DNA of 64,000 nt from Bigelowiella natans CCMP2755 (lineage: Eukaryota > Protista > Cercozoa). The notes below the pieces were generated by a model that was not told where the DNA came from, did no database searches, and saw only the letters and a list, made by a program, of their open reading frames with translations. Shown piece after piece: positions 41,143 to 56,822 of this stretch. The stretch's first letter is position 1, and every line of letters begins with the position of its first letter. The stretch lies in the NCBI GenBank assembly GCA_000320545.1, contig ADNK01002594.1, positions 7,264 to 71,263 of the forward strand, given 5' to 3'. The position numbers were made by a program, and so were the translations under genes.

Positions 41143-41769
41143 CCCTAGTAGTAGTATCGTAGGAGCTGGCAACCACATAATTACAATTACATGCAAAGGG
41201 TGAAATAGTCACATTAATTCATGAACTTAATAAAAGGCAGCGCTCATGCGTGTGGTGGATTGATGATTGCTCTGAATGTCGTATCATGTAGAGATAACGG
41301 GCGGCAGCACATGTCTAGACATTTATTCACAGCAAAACCCCCTCAACATGCCGAAAGAGTGCAAAATCTTCATGCATGTACAATGCGCTCATCAAAGGAT
41401 GCTAGCGCATGCGTTGATCATGTCAGCTGTACGTCCAACAACTGTTTCTTTCCTATCGCATGCATGCATGTGTATGCTTCCATCAATTTTTGCGTCATGC
41501 GTGATATGTAACTGAGACGTCAACTGCATGGTATCCAGAAGTTAGCACGGTCAATGTCATTTGTGGTAGACTAGCACGCTACACATGATAGGCCCTAGCT
41601 GTGTACATTCCATCCCGGCATATGCTAGATGCGTTGTCGTTCATGAAACGGCAATGGCATCATTCATTGATCGAATCCAACATCTAGACATGACCGTGCC
41701 ATGGCACAGCTGGGCAATTATGCATGAAATTTCTATAATACTTGACCACAGCTACAACTTCGAGCTTTT

Positions 41770-42913
41770 TCAATCGCCATCTTTGACAAATCGATAGAAT
41801 CTGAAATCGGAAAGAAGTGAAGGCCCAATACTGACATGTTAATCATGCTGAATTTTGAGAAGGTTGAGAGTTAGCAGAATGTGGAGCAACACCATCTCAC
41901 CTTCCGCTCGAGTCTTCGAATGGCTTCGATTGGTGTTCGGGATGCACCTCTTCTATCAATCCTAGTTCTCTCAGGAACTCTCCTATCACGAGGCCGTGGG
42001 TTCTGTCTGTTGCCCAACCCGAGCTCAACTATGCAGTAGCAGCAAAGAGATGGAGATAATAATGCACACGTACAGTTGAGATATTTCGCAGGAGGGTTGC
42101 AAAGGGAGAAGGGAAAGGATAAGTTGTTCGTGCACAACGGCTCACTGACCATCCAGTCGCAGAATCCATTTCCCTTAAAGCACTGCTTATGCTTGCCCAA
42201 ATGCATACGTCTAATGAAACCGGTCGATTATAATGAAGAAGTAAGTTAGATCACGAGCACTTCTCCATGATAATCTTGCAATTGTTACTGGCAATCCTTT
42301 ACAACCACCGCTAATCTCCCCCCCGCCCCCTCCCTCCGTTCTCTTTTCCCCACAAAAAAACGGAAGAAACATATAATGGATTGTGGCGTTCACAAAAATT
42401 CGCAACAAACAACCGCACCTTTTCCTGTCGCGGATGTCCAAACCAGTATCCTGAATCAAACCATTTTCCACATTAACACACACTTTAATAAAACGCAGAA
42501 GCTAAAAACAAATTCGCATTTCAAAGACACTGCCTTGACAGATCTCTTTGCTACGGACAGACAATTTGTACAAATTGCAGGCTCAGAAACTAATCGATGA
42601 CAACCTTCGCTGTGAGACTGGCGAGAAGCTCTGGAATCTTGCTCACGGGAAGTGGCAGCGGTGCCGATGACTCAAAGCTGTGGAGGGGGTACGAGAAGCG
42701 AGATGGACAAAAGAAAAAATTGAATAATGAAAAGCAGAGCTCTCTTTGTCATTCATAGAAGAAGAAGATGATGATGAAGAAGAAGGAGGAGGATAGGCTT
42801 ACGCATGTGGGGAACGTGGTCGGACCATAGATCCCTTGGTTGAACGTCTCATCTTTCGGGATAACTAGCATCAAGGGCGACGGGAAGGGAGGAGAAGAAT
42901 AAGAAAGGAAAGG

Positions 42914-42967
<54 letters not shown>

Positions 42968-43214
42968 ATATAAATTAGGAGTGAGAAGAATATTTGCATT
43001 CACATCCTCAAATAAACTCAGGGCGCATATATAAAATGGCAGTACACCTTCGGTGTGCTCGGCGACTTCGAGCCTCTACTACGTCTACTGAAGTCCTTGC
43101 CCAGCTCTGGCCTCCAACTCCTAAAAGGAGGGGAACAGAAGAGAGAAAGAAAGAAACGAGATGGACAAGTTAGATAATATCTAGTTCAAAACTAACGAAT
43201 TCTTTTTGGGCTAG

Positions 43215-43253
<39 letters not shown>

Positions 43254-44299
43254 TTATAAATACAGATAGACGTCTGGTCTGTATTTCATCATTTCCCCTC
43301 CTCTCTCTCATTGTCCTCATCTTCTTCATTTTCTTTTTCTTCTTAATCTTCTTCTTCTCCGACCTGGTGCCTGTGAACATCCTGAAGATCACGTTGGGAG
43401 GCTTTGCACTTGGGGTTTCACCTAATCCGGGAACCTGATATCGACGTTGTCATTTGTTCGTAGAGGAGAAAAAGGCAGAGGGGGAGGGGGAGGAGGAGGA
43501 GGAGGAGGAGGAGGAGGAGTAAATCGCAGAAGGAAGGATCGACGAAGACATACAGACAAGTAAAGAATTTGAGAGACCGTTTCCTCAGCCTTCAACTTGA
43601 TATTATTCACTGCGTATGCGGCCGCGTGCTGGCAGTTCCCCGTGATGTGCTTAAATTGGCCCTAAGAATGATATGCGACGACAATAATAAAAAATAATGA
43701 TGATGATGATGATGATGATTTTAAATGAATGACTTGACTACAAAATATACGAAAGACATGCAATCAATCACCAGAAGATCTGCGCTACCTTTGTCATTTC
43801 AAACATGCTGTCCTTCGTATTAAGCACCCATTTCTGGAGGATTAATGGCATTTGGAAGTAAAAGACCGTATTTATAAGGGAGGAAACATATGGAGAAGAA
43901 GGACTTGTGGTGGCGCAATGCATTGCATTTTCATGCAAAAGCAAACGTCTTATCGTAAAGTAACAAAGGAAGCTCACGTTGTGGATCTCTTCAATCTTCT
44001 TCGCCTCCTCAGAGCCCCTGAGCAATGTTCTCAATTCAGTACACAGCAAAGGAATACAATAAGATACAATAGGTTTTCAGCGATACGGTATTATATAATC
44101 TTTCTTCGCCCCCCCCCCCCCCCCCCCCGGCCCTACTACTCTTTCCTGACCTCCAAACTGCGAATCGGACGGGGGCTTGGTTTCCGTTTGTCATCGTGAT
44201 TCTCCACGGCTTCTTCCCCTCATTGAAGGATATCGTTCTGTAATATGTGATCACCTGCGCAAGTAGAGCGAGAATGATAAAATAAGATATATTAATACA

Positions 44300-44336
<37 letters not shown>

Positions 44337-45156
44337 TGTGTATGTCTTATGTCTGAGACAGCTAGAGTTTGAAGAAATAGTAGCTATACTACTAATACTA
44401 CTACCACTACTACAGTGATGGATGAAACTACTCCGTTGGGAAGTAGGAATGAGTAGGAACCATGGTTTGACCATCTTACACTATACATAAACCTGCTCGC
44501 TGTCATTCCAAACTTCATTGTGATCCTTTTGGCGGTAGTGGCGCACGGCGCACCTGAAACCACGCATATGATATTTGCATACATCACGGTTAATAAACCT
44601 TTCAAGATATATTATATGCAATGCACGCGCGCGCATGTGCGTAAATGTTAGAGGCACATATATTAGATTCAATCGAGTTCCTTCCCCTCCCAATGTATTA
44701 AGACTCACCATGGTTTCGCTTCAACCTCCACAAGATCCACCACGGTTTGGTGTATAATCTAACCATTGGATTGAGGGCAAATCTCAGAAATATGCATGTC
44801 TTATTAGCTTCAGAGAAAAAGAGTATCTTCTTCTTCTTCTTCTTCTTCTTCTTGACAACTACTCTCAGAAGAAGCACGGAGAAAGCGTGGCTATCTACAG
44901 CGTGGAGATTTATCAAGTAGCAATTTGCTGCTCTCTACTACTCGATTGTTGTCCATCATCATCTCGGATTCACATCGATGATATACACATTTCCAAAATT
45001 TTCTGTGAATGCGGTTGCTGCTTGTATTTGAATATCTTCTTCTAGACTATTTAATTCTGCAACTATTATCGTTGTTCTGCTAAAAAGAAGATGATGTTTC
45101 TCAACCTTTCCTTGATCCCGTGTTTCGACCAAAACGCCACTGACACACACACACAC

Positions 45157-45203
<47 letters not shown>

Positions 45204-45574
45204 CTATATATTCACTATGGAGAGCAAAAAGCAGAATCAGCATCTATCTACCATACTATACCTATGTGTTATGAGGCCTGTTTTCCTCACCAGTGGATGC
45301 GTGTACTCAATATTGTCCACCTGCACACACATAGTAGTCATTGCAGACGAATTTCGTTATTGTAGGGGGGTTTAAACGACGTTGTGATTTATGATGTACT
45401 CACTATGCTATTCATGTGTGTTACCTGGCTGATGTAGCACACGGCCATTGTTTCTTTGAAGTTTTCAATCTCCTCTTTGCTGGCCTTATCATCGTATCCG
45501 TCCAACGGCACGACTTTAAGGCCTGAGGAGGTTGGAACGAGATGATGTATTTATGCAAAAACAATTGTAGCACG

Positions 45575-45616
<42 letters not shown>

Positions 45617-45770
45617 CGCGCGCGCACAGAGAAATACAAATACAAATACAAATACAATTATATAGTTTGTGTGTGTGGTTGTGTGCGGCGATGAATCTGC
45701 GAGTAATTACTACCTTTCCACTTCTGTGATGGGTATGGGCTGCTGGGAGAGTCTATCTCGAGGCGTGGCT
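41770..45770 (-). CDS. Protein with putative permuted papain-fold (PPPDE/LRAT-like) domain and C-terminal DEP domain; 5' boundary unresolved
   Basis: C-terminal exons QDTGLDIRDRK|TYAFGKHKQCFKGNGFCDWM|...GLVIGEFLRELGLIEEVHPEHQSKPFEDSSGR|FYRFVKDGD* form a typical DEP domain. Upstream exons give GLITH|SGVLVETRDQGK and FEMTK|GQFKHITGNCQHAAAYAVN (His before Cys, NCQH). Confidence 0.7.
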
Positions 45771-46399
45771 AATAGCACCCCACCGCAACAACAGCCAACA
45801 TAAAACCCACGCAAGAACATATCATGAGTATAAGCAAAATGAAGGCGTGTGAGACTGTGCATCACGATGAAGTCCAAACATGATCATCCTCCTCCTCCTC
45901 CTCATCATCATCAGCGCCGTCGTGAGCGCCACTGTTCTCTCATTGCTTTGTTTTCGCATCATCAATCGCATCTGATCAAATCTCATCTTGGGGGTGTATG
46001 GTGATGTCCAACCGGCTTGTCAAGATCAGGGCCGGATATGCTCTGGATCAAGAGCTAATAGCAGTAGTAGTAGTAGTAGTAGTAGTATCAGGTAATAGTG
46101 AGACAGTCGATGATTCCAATGTGAATAATGATGCCTCCCCTCCCTTTCCCCATATTACTACTGCTACTTCTACTACTACTACTGTAAAACCTGACGGACT
46201 GAGAGAAGCAGCAGGAAACAATGATGACCTGTAACACATCACCATACACATAATGCTTCAATAAATACACAAGCTTTAGTTATTTTGGTCGTATTTACAT
46301 GCACACACACACGCACACACGCACACACGCACACACGCACACACGCACACAATTAAATCAATGTTTGAAGTAATCGCACATACTCGGGAGTCCAGAGAG

Positions 46400-46742
46400 A
46401 AAAGTCGTTTTAAGCATTCTTTGGCCTTTTTTCACCTAAAATCGAAGGGGGATCCCCCAAATGGGGAGATCCCCCCCCCCCCCCCCCCCCCCCCCCTCTC
46501 ATTTATATATATATTAAAAACTCGATCCAAATATCCAAATATTGATCCTGTTTTCTAAGCCTACAACGCACATAGTCGTCCTCCTCCATAGAGACTGCTA
46601 CTTGTAGAGATGATGAAGAAGAACCATTCATAGCAGCGACGGAACCACCCTCTTCTTTATCTTCATCGCCTGTTGATCTTCCTTCCTTTAATTGCTTCTC
46701 CGTGTCCGTTTCCCAAAGGCCTCTCATTTCCTTTTCGAGTCC

Positions 46743-46821
<79 letters not shown>

Positions 46822-49118
46822 TTGCGTACCCACTATCAGATACACTTTCACACCGAAGAGCTTACAAAAAAAGAAGTGGTGATATGTTCATATTTCCGAT
46901 GAGCGAATCTATTGCTAAAAGCTACGATATACTAGTACTATCACCACCACTACTCTACTTCGACTACACAAGCATGCAATTCACACCTCTGATGTCCTCC
47001 TCATCAAGTTTGTAGACCTTCTCTAGGCAAGAAACAAGAACGTCAAACAACCGAATTGCATCGGTAGTTTTGCCGACATTTTCCATATCTCTGCCCTTGC
47101 TCATCTTCTTTGTTCTCTTTTCCTTGTTGATTCCTATTTTCTTTTCCCCAATGTTCTTCCTTCTCTTCTCCCGCTGCTTTTGTGCGCTGAACTCGCCCAA
47201 CCGAACGCACTCTGCAGCCGTCTGTTCAAATCATCGTTTAGAATGTGAAGTAAGGGCGGGAGGTGGGAGTCTGTGTGTCTCTGCTATTGTGTACAAATAC
47301 TACCGCTGCTATGTGAAAGACCATGCGTACAGTTTCATCGCAACATAAATGATAGGACAACTACTGCTATGGATAGTACTTCCACTATTGACAGCTGGCC
47401 ACGATTTCGAACCAATGCCTCTAAGCTGTAAGTATAGTAGGAGGCAGTTGAGTCATAGTAAGATCCGCATGGTTCATGTACCATGATGCAATAGAATTGA
47501 AGGAACACTTGCAAGAAGGGAGAAGTAAATCAAAAATCAAAAATGCAAAAGATAGAGGAGGAAACTTGGAGCAAACAATCGATTCGGACGTAGTCAGAAT
47601 TTTGTCATTATCATCCCAATCCTCCCCATGTTGTCCCCCCCCCCCTCTCCCAGAAAGACCTTAATTCCCTGTCCAGAAAGTCTAAGGGGATGCCAGCGAC
47701 GAAGAGCTAAGAAAAAGGAGAGGGGGTGGACAGAGAAGAATCAGAATGGAAACCAATATTCACAGAAATGAACTCAAGCAGCATATACATGAGAGCAGAG
47801 TCAACATGGGTTAGACATGATTTGCTCCCCAAACAAACGAAAAGGACTCGTTGGCTTATATTTCCACCTTTACGATCTTCGATATTTCGAGCAGTGACTT
47901 CTGTACATTGTCCGAAGACGATGATGGCTAATGTGCAAGAGTAGAAATCAGGCCACCGTAGCGACGCTTGTGTGCGTGCTTTGAACGCACACACACGCAC
48001 ACACGCATACACGTACACAAGGAGAAAGAGAGCGAGAAGAAGAAATAAGGCAGAAAGGACGGCTGCGCCTCACAGCCTAAAATATCTTCCTGAGAACCTC
48101 TTCGTGGCCATCATTTCTAGCTGCTGCTGCTGCTGCTCTCTCGGAGTAATAATATCTCTTAGCTTCCTCTTGAGCAGTCCTTTCCGTATAGCCACACAGC
48201 GACACTAAGACTTTGCTGAGTCTGCACATCTCCAAAGAGCGCTGTTCGTTAGAATACAGGCAAAATAAGTACCATGAAGAAGAAGAAGAAGAAGAAGAAG
48301 AAGAAGAAGAAGAAGAAGAAGGAGTACACACAAAAAGAAACCTTTCCTTCGGGGCTAAAGAAGCGGAAGAGGATGGCGGGCATAGAATTAGCTCCTCTTG
48401 ATTTGTGCCGACGACGAAGAACGTCCTTTTTCTCCTGAGAAGAGGGAAAACAACATCGCTCATCCTCCTCCTCCTCCTCACAACGGAATAGGCCCCTCCC
48501 TCACCAAACACAACTTCTCACTATAAGTCCCACGTTCCATACTCTTCTTTTGTACCATCACCATAGTTGCGTTGTCATCCTAGAAATTGCTCTCTTTCCC
48601 TACAGCAACAACTACTCCTACCACTCCTTTTTCCTAATACTGTTACTACTGCTATTACTACTACTGCTACTACTTCTTTTACCTCCCCAGCATTAGGTTG
48701 GAAGCCATTATTCTCGGAAGTTGATGAGATGGGAAGAGCGAGCCGCATTGGGGTCGTGAGCTTTTGGGATGACGATTTGTTCCGTGCGGAGGAGGAGGTT
48801 GAGGAGAAGGGGGGGGGAATGTCGGTGGAAGAAGATGCGGAAGTGGCTAGTGCAGTTAGGTTGTTCGGGGACAGAGACGGTGAGAAGGGCTGCTGGGAGA
48901 ATTGCCGCCGATTTGATGGTGTTGTGCCTTCTACCGAAGAGGTAGGCGAGTGCAGGGACAAAACCCTTTCAACATCCCTATGCATATGGATGATGGTGGT
49001 GAACGATGGAAAAAGATGGTGGTGGTGGTGGTGGTAGTCGTAGTTGTAGCGCAAAAAGATGTTTAGCAAGAAAGAAGAGACATTCACTCACAGAAATTGT
49101 GCATTGCTATTTCCGGCA

Positions 49119-49158
<40 letters not shown>

Positions 49159-49447
49159 ATAACAGCATTCATGTCGTCACGGCATGGTTTCAGCGCTAAC
49201 CCTCCAAGCTCGCGGAAGGCATCTGCTGCTTGCATCCTAAGTTCTTCTGCCTTCTCCTGTGCCTGAAGAAGAAGAAGAAGAGAAGAAGAAGAAGAAGAAG
49301 ATGATGATGAAAGTGATCGATCAATAACCTCGGACAAAAGTATGCATGTATTGTGGACGGGGGAGAATAGAGCATATAAGCAGCTGTTCATTTTCGTTCA
49401 CACTGTTATCTGCGACGCGAATTGCCAATTTGGTAGGTGCCACACAC

Positions 49448-49490
<43 letters not shown>

Positions 49491-50328
49491 CACGCACACA
49501 CAGGCACTAATTACACGGATTCTTAGCATACACATGTTTAATTTTGATTAGATGACTGATGATCTCTGTCTCTTAGAAGCACGCCGCAGCACCTTTTTCG
49601 CTGCCAAGCGTTGAAGCTTTGCAATTCTAATCTTCTCTAATCGCTCCCTTTCCCTTTCTTCTTCGAAGAATTTAATCCTGGCACACAACATCACACACGA
49701 CGACTCAGCAAACCAAATGACTACTCGTTGTACATATTCTTCTGACGGTAGGATTCATCCCATAATAGAACGATTTACACAATATATGTGTGCCCCTATT
49801 TTGTTGCGCGATCCATTATTTGCGTGCATGCCTATCCTATCTCCCACTTATGTTTCTCACCTTCTCGCGTCTGCGGCAGCACGATCGATATGGCCCTGAC
49901 ACATCATAATCACCATCATCATCATCATCATCGTCATCGTAGCCAGGCAGCACCTGCTTGTAGGTTTCAACCACTTTGTAAGTGTCTTCTTCCTGAACCA
50001 ATGCCCTTCGGAGAGCAATTTCAGCCTGACAACCGACGTTGGAGAGGAGAGGAGAGGAGAGGAGAGGAGAGGAGAGGAAAAGAGGAAAGAGAAGTGAGAA
50101 ATGTGAGGATAATACGGCTTTATATCGTCCCTGCCATGTTGTTATCTATGCATGCAAAGTAGCATCCTGTCTCTTTCTAGCATGCAGCATGAAGGAGCGA
50201 ATGAATGTCATCACCTTTCTAATGGCAGCCTTTTTCTCTATTATCTTCCTCTTCTTGATCATCTCTTTCTGTTTCTGCAACCATTCGAAGCTATTCTTTA
50301 GTGCATATTTTGACACGAGAAAACTATA

Positions 50329-50373
<45 letters not shown>

Positions 50374-51762
50374 ATAGAGTGCTTATCGTCCACCAGAGCA
50401 CCTTTCTTAGGACTTTTTCCGCCGCCGCTCTTCTCGCTTTTACAGCTATTTCTACATTGGGTAGATATTGTCGTTAATATTGAATATGATGATGATAACG
50501 ATGATCATGATGATAAGAGAAAATATAATAACTAGATTAGGCTCGAAACGCATCATCTATATGTAAAGTGGTGGCCTACAGGTACAGAGAATTTGTAAAA
50601 ATCGTTGCTTATTACCCTTCTTCTTCCGTTCTTGTTCGAGTCGCTGTGCCTTCTGCTTAGAGCGGTTCTTCAGTAGCTTCTTCAGAGCTTCAGCCCTCAC
50701 CCTCCTCTCCTCCAGCGCCTTCTCTTTTCTTTTGGTGGGGGGGGGGGGGGATGAGTTTCATTTGATCAATTGATCTAAACTTTCAGAATGACATATACGA
50801 TGTGAGAGATACACTGGATTATTCTTTTCTGATCGCAATGCTTGAAGCATCTTGAAGCATTTCCAAAGCAGCATACGCATGTAATTAAGATATCCACACA
50901 ACCAGTAGATCATGCTATATCATTATGTGTTTATTGTCTGATTTCCGACTTTTCACGTTCCATCTCTGCCTTCTTCTCTAACTTCTTTTTGAATCGAATG
51001 CGCTTCTGTACGCTTAGGGCCCTTTACATGAAATAAACACACATACACACGCATATGCACAAAATCTTGAAACTATAATTTCATATCACTATATAGTATT
51101 TTTAGTTTCGAAAAAGACGAAAAGGAAAAGTTACAAATACTGCTTTCATTTACAGTGTGAAACCCTAAGGAAGAGCTTGTTGCCATCTTTCTTTCCTCCT
51201 CATCACGACTTTTAACTCTCCTCCTTTTCTCCCATCTACTTCTCTCCTTATTCACCTCATCTTAACGCGCTGTTGTACTCTCTCCCTCTCTGCATCGAGT
51301 TCCTCCTTCTTCGCGCCAAGATATATCTGAAGAAGAACAAAGTTGCCAACATTGTGCCAACAGTCTTAAGTATACGGAAATCATGTAAAGAAAGAAGAAA
51401 TGGATTTTGCGCGGTTTTCCCAGCGAGCGTGGAATGGTAGTAAGACCACGGTAGGTCGGTAGAAAAATGACCAAAGCTCTAATATTCTCGGTAGGTGACG
51501 GTTATGAATCGCTTGTAATTGCAAAACGAGAAGAACAATGAAATAGCTTCAGAAGGGGCCATAGAGAAAGAGACCTGCAGCCACGAGTCTGTATCCCCCG
51601 GTAGGAGGACAAGATCTTCACTCTAAATAGCAAGAAAAGGAAGAAACGGGGAGAGGCATTCAGCGTGGTGATTAATAATGTTAGAAAGGAGATATGCTTT
51701 GCTTGTCTACAATTTACCTTGTCTTCACCATCTTCTGTTTCTCCTGATTACCGTAACACACA

Positions 51763-51799
<37 letters not shown>

Positions 51800-53643
51800 T
51801 TATATATACATATATTTTATTTGTATTTTAAATATTTACTATTCGAAGTATGCTTCCACGCACACATACGCACTTATGTTATATATCCATACGAAATCCT
51901 TATGGATGTCTCCATTTCCCCCCTCTTTTCTTCTTTCTTTCTCTCTTTCTTTCTTTGGAATGCCATTGAGTCTGGCATAATGGTTTATACCTTGAACACT
52001 CTGATTGCTACTGCTGCTCTCCTTTTTCCGATGCCGTCGCTTTCCTACAGACGAAAGGCAGAGACGATAATCAAACTTAGCACATCTGAACGACGTAATT
52101 CGAATGTGGTGCGAAATGGCTCCAAAGAGATGGTGACGAGATTCTTGGGTTGTGGAGGGGGAGGGAAGTAAAGAGGAAGAAGAAGAAGAAGATGGTGGAG
52201 GGGGTTAGGGAGAAATCAAGACCTTGATTTCCTCTTCCTCCTTTTGAATTCTTGCTTCTAATACCACGACGATGATGTTGGTGCTGCAAGCCTCTGCTGC
52301 AAGGATTCTTCTGCCCCCCGCGAAGTCTGCTACGCCTCTGCAAGAAGAAGAACTTAGATGGTGGTGATGATGAGTACATGCTAGCACCACTACCACCACC
52401 ACCACTGAGGAGGGGAGGAGGAGGAGGAGGCATTTTTTTGCCTGCTTGCAAGATTATGTGTATCGTTCCAACTGACCGTGGTTGTTTGATGGCTTCGTTC
52501 GGAAAGAGGAGATCCCCGTGACAAGACGTCGTATAGCGTGCTTTTGCGCGGTTGTCTCTTCTTTGTCGCTGACACAGCGGAACCAACTCTCGTCCTCCTT
52601 CTCACCGGCCTAAGCGAGCCAATCTCATATTAGCACCAACGATTTGAATGTATTATTTCATTTCTAGCTTTATTATTTTGTCAGCTTGTACTGCTAGTTA
52701 ATGACGGGGCCGACTAGTGATGCCTCAAAACCTAATTCCTTCACCCATCATCATGCGCCCTCGCCTCACTCCGCTCTCTATATTCTATCTTGAGATTTCT
52801 TACCCTGCGCTCGTCGGTCTTTTTCTCCTTGAAGCATTGTCTGAGCGGGAGAAAAGAGAAGCATCCTTGTTGTGTTTAGGCCGAACAACACCAAAGTTTA
52901 AGCAGATTTGGGAACTTTATGTTGAAATCACGTTGTTTCATTTGTTTTATAAAAAAGGGAGGAAGCACGCACTATTTGCTTTACAGCCCCCCCCCCCCTC
53001 TCTTCAATGTCCCTTCAATTTCTTTTACCTCTTTGCCGACGAGAATTGGAGTTGTTGGGATTATCGTACTTCTTCCTTGCTGCAACGAGTGACGCATGCA
53101 AGTTTTTCTTCACACTTTTATTGCGCCTTTTCCTCTCTGAAGTTGGTCTGCTCTTGGAGACTGTTACCGACCGACGGGCCGAAGACGCACATGAGAACAC
53201 GCATACAATCAGGAGGGAAAAGGAAATCTTGGCCTAGATTTAAGGTACTATACTTTCTATAATGCTGAAGGAGGAAAGGAAATAGAGGAAGGCGTGCATC
53301 ATTGTTCAAAGATACACGCATAAAAGAAGGATACCTCAAATTTTAACATTAAAAAAAAACATGATATTATCATCATCACCATCATCATCGTTAATCATTC
53401 AATAGCTATTACGTCTGGCAGAGAATGGTCCCTTGAACTGGGGGCCAAAATCCTTTTCCAGAAAAAAACAAGAAAATCTTAAAAATGCTGCCACACAAAT
53501 ATAAAGCAGCATCCCGCACAAAAAAAGGAGAAACAGAAACATCTCTGCTCACGGCCAAACAACGCAACATTATCAAAATTATGCATTATTCGTTGGACTT
53601 TGCTTCATTGCATCCGTGGCACTCAAGACAAGGAAAGCGAGAA

Positions 53644-53688
<45 letters not shown>

Positions 53689-53986
53689 CAGAGAGAGGGA
53701 AATGTTTACATCAACGTATTTCACAACACACAAAATTTTCGAGAAGCTGCATGGAAATAATATTGTTGTTCTATCTTCTAAGATAAGAACCCTTGGATCC
53801 CTGCTCAGAGGAGAACTAGATGCCTCCGAGTGGTTGCTCATCAGATTATTGCGAGCGCTGATGATCTCCTGTTCTGCCTCCGAGTCCTCGCCTTCGATTG
53901 CTAACATTGCACGTCTGAGCAACTCGTGGTTCAAGCGAGGAGGCATCATCACACCTGACATAATCACACGTACTTAGGCACAACAT

Positions 53987-54029
<43 letters not shown>

Positions 54030-54766
54030 TTATATAAATATTTTGTTTGTATTAAATGTATTACCAGAGGACGAGGCAGTTTGTAGTTGCTGGAGAGCCG
54101 AATTGATGCCACTACTAGCAGTTTTTCCTCCTATCGCTTATCATCATTCAAGAATCGATCATTAGGTATAATATGGGGAGAGAAAGGGAAGATAGAGAAT
54201 TGTTTCAACCACATGCGATCGATTGCATTCTGCCAGCCATTCTACGATATATCTATCGTTACCATGATCATCCTCCTCCTCCTCCTCCTCCTCCTCCTCC
54301 TCCTCCCAATCTTTCTCATTGTTGTCATCGGTGAAGTCGTTTGGAGATCTATCGAAAACCACACATAATACTCATCACTATAGCGGCGCGGGTGGTTTTT
54401 CATGGACAATAAGGTTGTGCAGCTTAAAAGGAGGAGTAGCATATGTCGTTCTACCTTTGACGATCAGGGGAGCGATCTCTTAGGTAAGATGCAGTACCCG
54501 TATTGACAGCAGAAGAAGTCTTGTTCTCATCTGCAGGGAAATAGGATAGAGCTACATGAGTTAGAAGGTAACGATAACACTTGAGGAGATAGCAAATCGT
54601 CACGGCATATCATTTCATCTTCAACTCTATCATGCGTATTATAATAGGAGCGATTGATTGTTTAGCCACTTTTGGGTTGGGAAAGCAGCGCGCGACTTAG
54701 CTTGGAGGACAACGCCTGATGTGATCCAATAACAGCGTAAGATGGAAAGCAGTGAAGGTGCGATGC

Positions 54767-54819
<53 letters not shown>

Positions 54820-54894
54820 TTATTTATATTAGGAAAATTGAAGATTTGAGGATGGGATTGAGTTGTGGAAATATTATTGTGGCAATATCTAAAG

Positions 54895-54933
<39 letters not shown>

Positions 54934-55984
54934 ATGAATGAAACAACCGAACTGTTAATAGATGATTCTGCTGGCTGCCACTAGCTTATCCCGGGAACAA
55001 ACCACCACTACCTTATCTAAAGTTGATAGCTCTATTGACTCACTGCTTATTATTCGTGTTGGCCTGATAAAACCTACAAAAAGTGTCCAGCAGAGAGAAT
55101 TAGAAGTGCATTACAGCACCCCCCCTCCCCCCGTCCCCCTATCTCCTTCGCTTTCACTATCTGCAGCTGGTGTGTTGCTTCCTTATTTTCTATGGCACCT
55201 ACTGATAGATTACTACGAGATGGTAGTCACATCGTACACCACACACACAATTGACAACATAACACCGGCATGGCCTTCTTGGTCCCTTCCCTCGGCGCGA
55301 GCTGCCTTCTTCTCTGGCTCTTGGAAAAACGACCTTCCATCAAAAAGGAGGATTACAAATACGCTGAGGACCATCATCATCATCATCATTATCATCATCA
55401 CCATCCTCGCATGTTGTCTCAGATTAATACCAATGATGTTCTGGAGTTGCAGAGTAGAGATACCACAGAGCTAATGATTTGTTGGTAAGTACAAGTCCGA
55501 ATTTGTTGATACGTTAGAGCAACTGTGGAGACCACAACCTCATACTTACACGTTCGCGCACGCACACATACAGGTTAGTAAGAATAGATAGATGAATAAG
55601 AAGAAGGGAGCATGCAGAAAGCAGTAGCACCCACTTTGCTCTGTGGTAATGAAGTAGCACTCGAAGCTCGATGTGCCTATTGGGGGGGGGAGGTGGATGC
55701 AGCATGGCAGGTATCAATCATATTTGAGAACAAAACGGATATGAATGTGGAAGTAAATGAAAGAGGAAATCGCTATTATTGTGAATTTGAAGTGGGAGTT
55801 TCGTCGTGTTTTTCCTTCTCTCCATGGCCATTGCTAATAGATGATGAGAACTACTTGGTATTGATAGCGACTGGCTGAGCTTCTTTTTGATCTGCACCGT
55901 TTCCAAATCATCATGAGAGGAGCATTTAGATTTTTTGAGTGCGTTTGTCGTATATCTGGAACAACGAACACGTCGTCGTCATCG

Positions 55985-56018
<34 letters not shown>

Positions 56019-56029
56019 TATCATATGCC

Positions 56030-56060
<31 letters not shown>

Positions 56061-56485
56061 CATTAAAACCAGCTTCGTCGTTACGAGCAATCGCTTGATG
56101 TTATCACGATCCAAAATATCTACATGCAGCGATGTGGAGATATAGATGTAGTGAATAGTCAGAGTAGCACAAATGCAGTGATGATGAAAAAGAACTTTAT
56201 CACTCATTTCTCCTCCGCCCCCCCCCCCTCTCCCAATAATCCATTTGCATCACTCATATGTTAATTTTCGGAAAGATGAAATAAATCATCCATCATTTGT
56301 CCTTTCATCCGAATTTATGAATGTGCAACGGTCATATTAAGCTTTTCCCTTCTCTAACCTCCCTCCCCCCCCCCCCCCCACGGCGTTCTCACACCTATAA
56401 GCTGGTTCATACGATTCTTCTTAGGTTCTGAGTAAATGAACCACATCGCAAATCAACCTCGATGATGAAACTGTAACGAAATCTA

Positions 56486-56539
<54 letters not shown>

Positions 56540-56777
56540 ACAACCAAAAGGATCTCTGCCTATTGAGTATTGGCAGGAAAAAACGTTGCTTCCTTCGATT
56601 GACCACACCACCTAGTGATACGTATCATATCATCATAATGATCGCCAATCTTTCCACAGAGTAGTTTCCGAAATATTACGGTTTTGGAAGTGTGCGTGCG
56701 CATAAGTGTAGCGAGTAGCGTGGTGTGTGTGTGTGTGTGTGTGTGTGTATGATTGTTCAGCGAGGGAGAGCGAGAGC

Positions 56778-56822
<45 letters not shown>

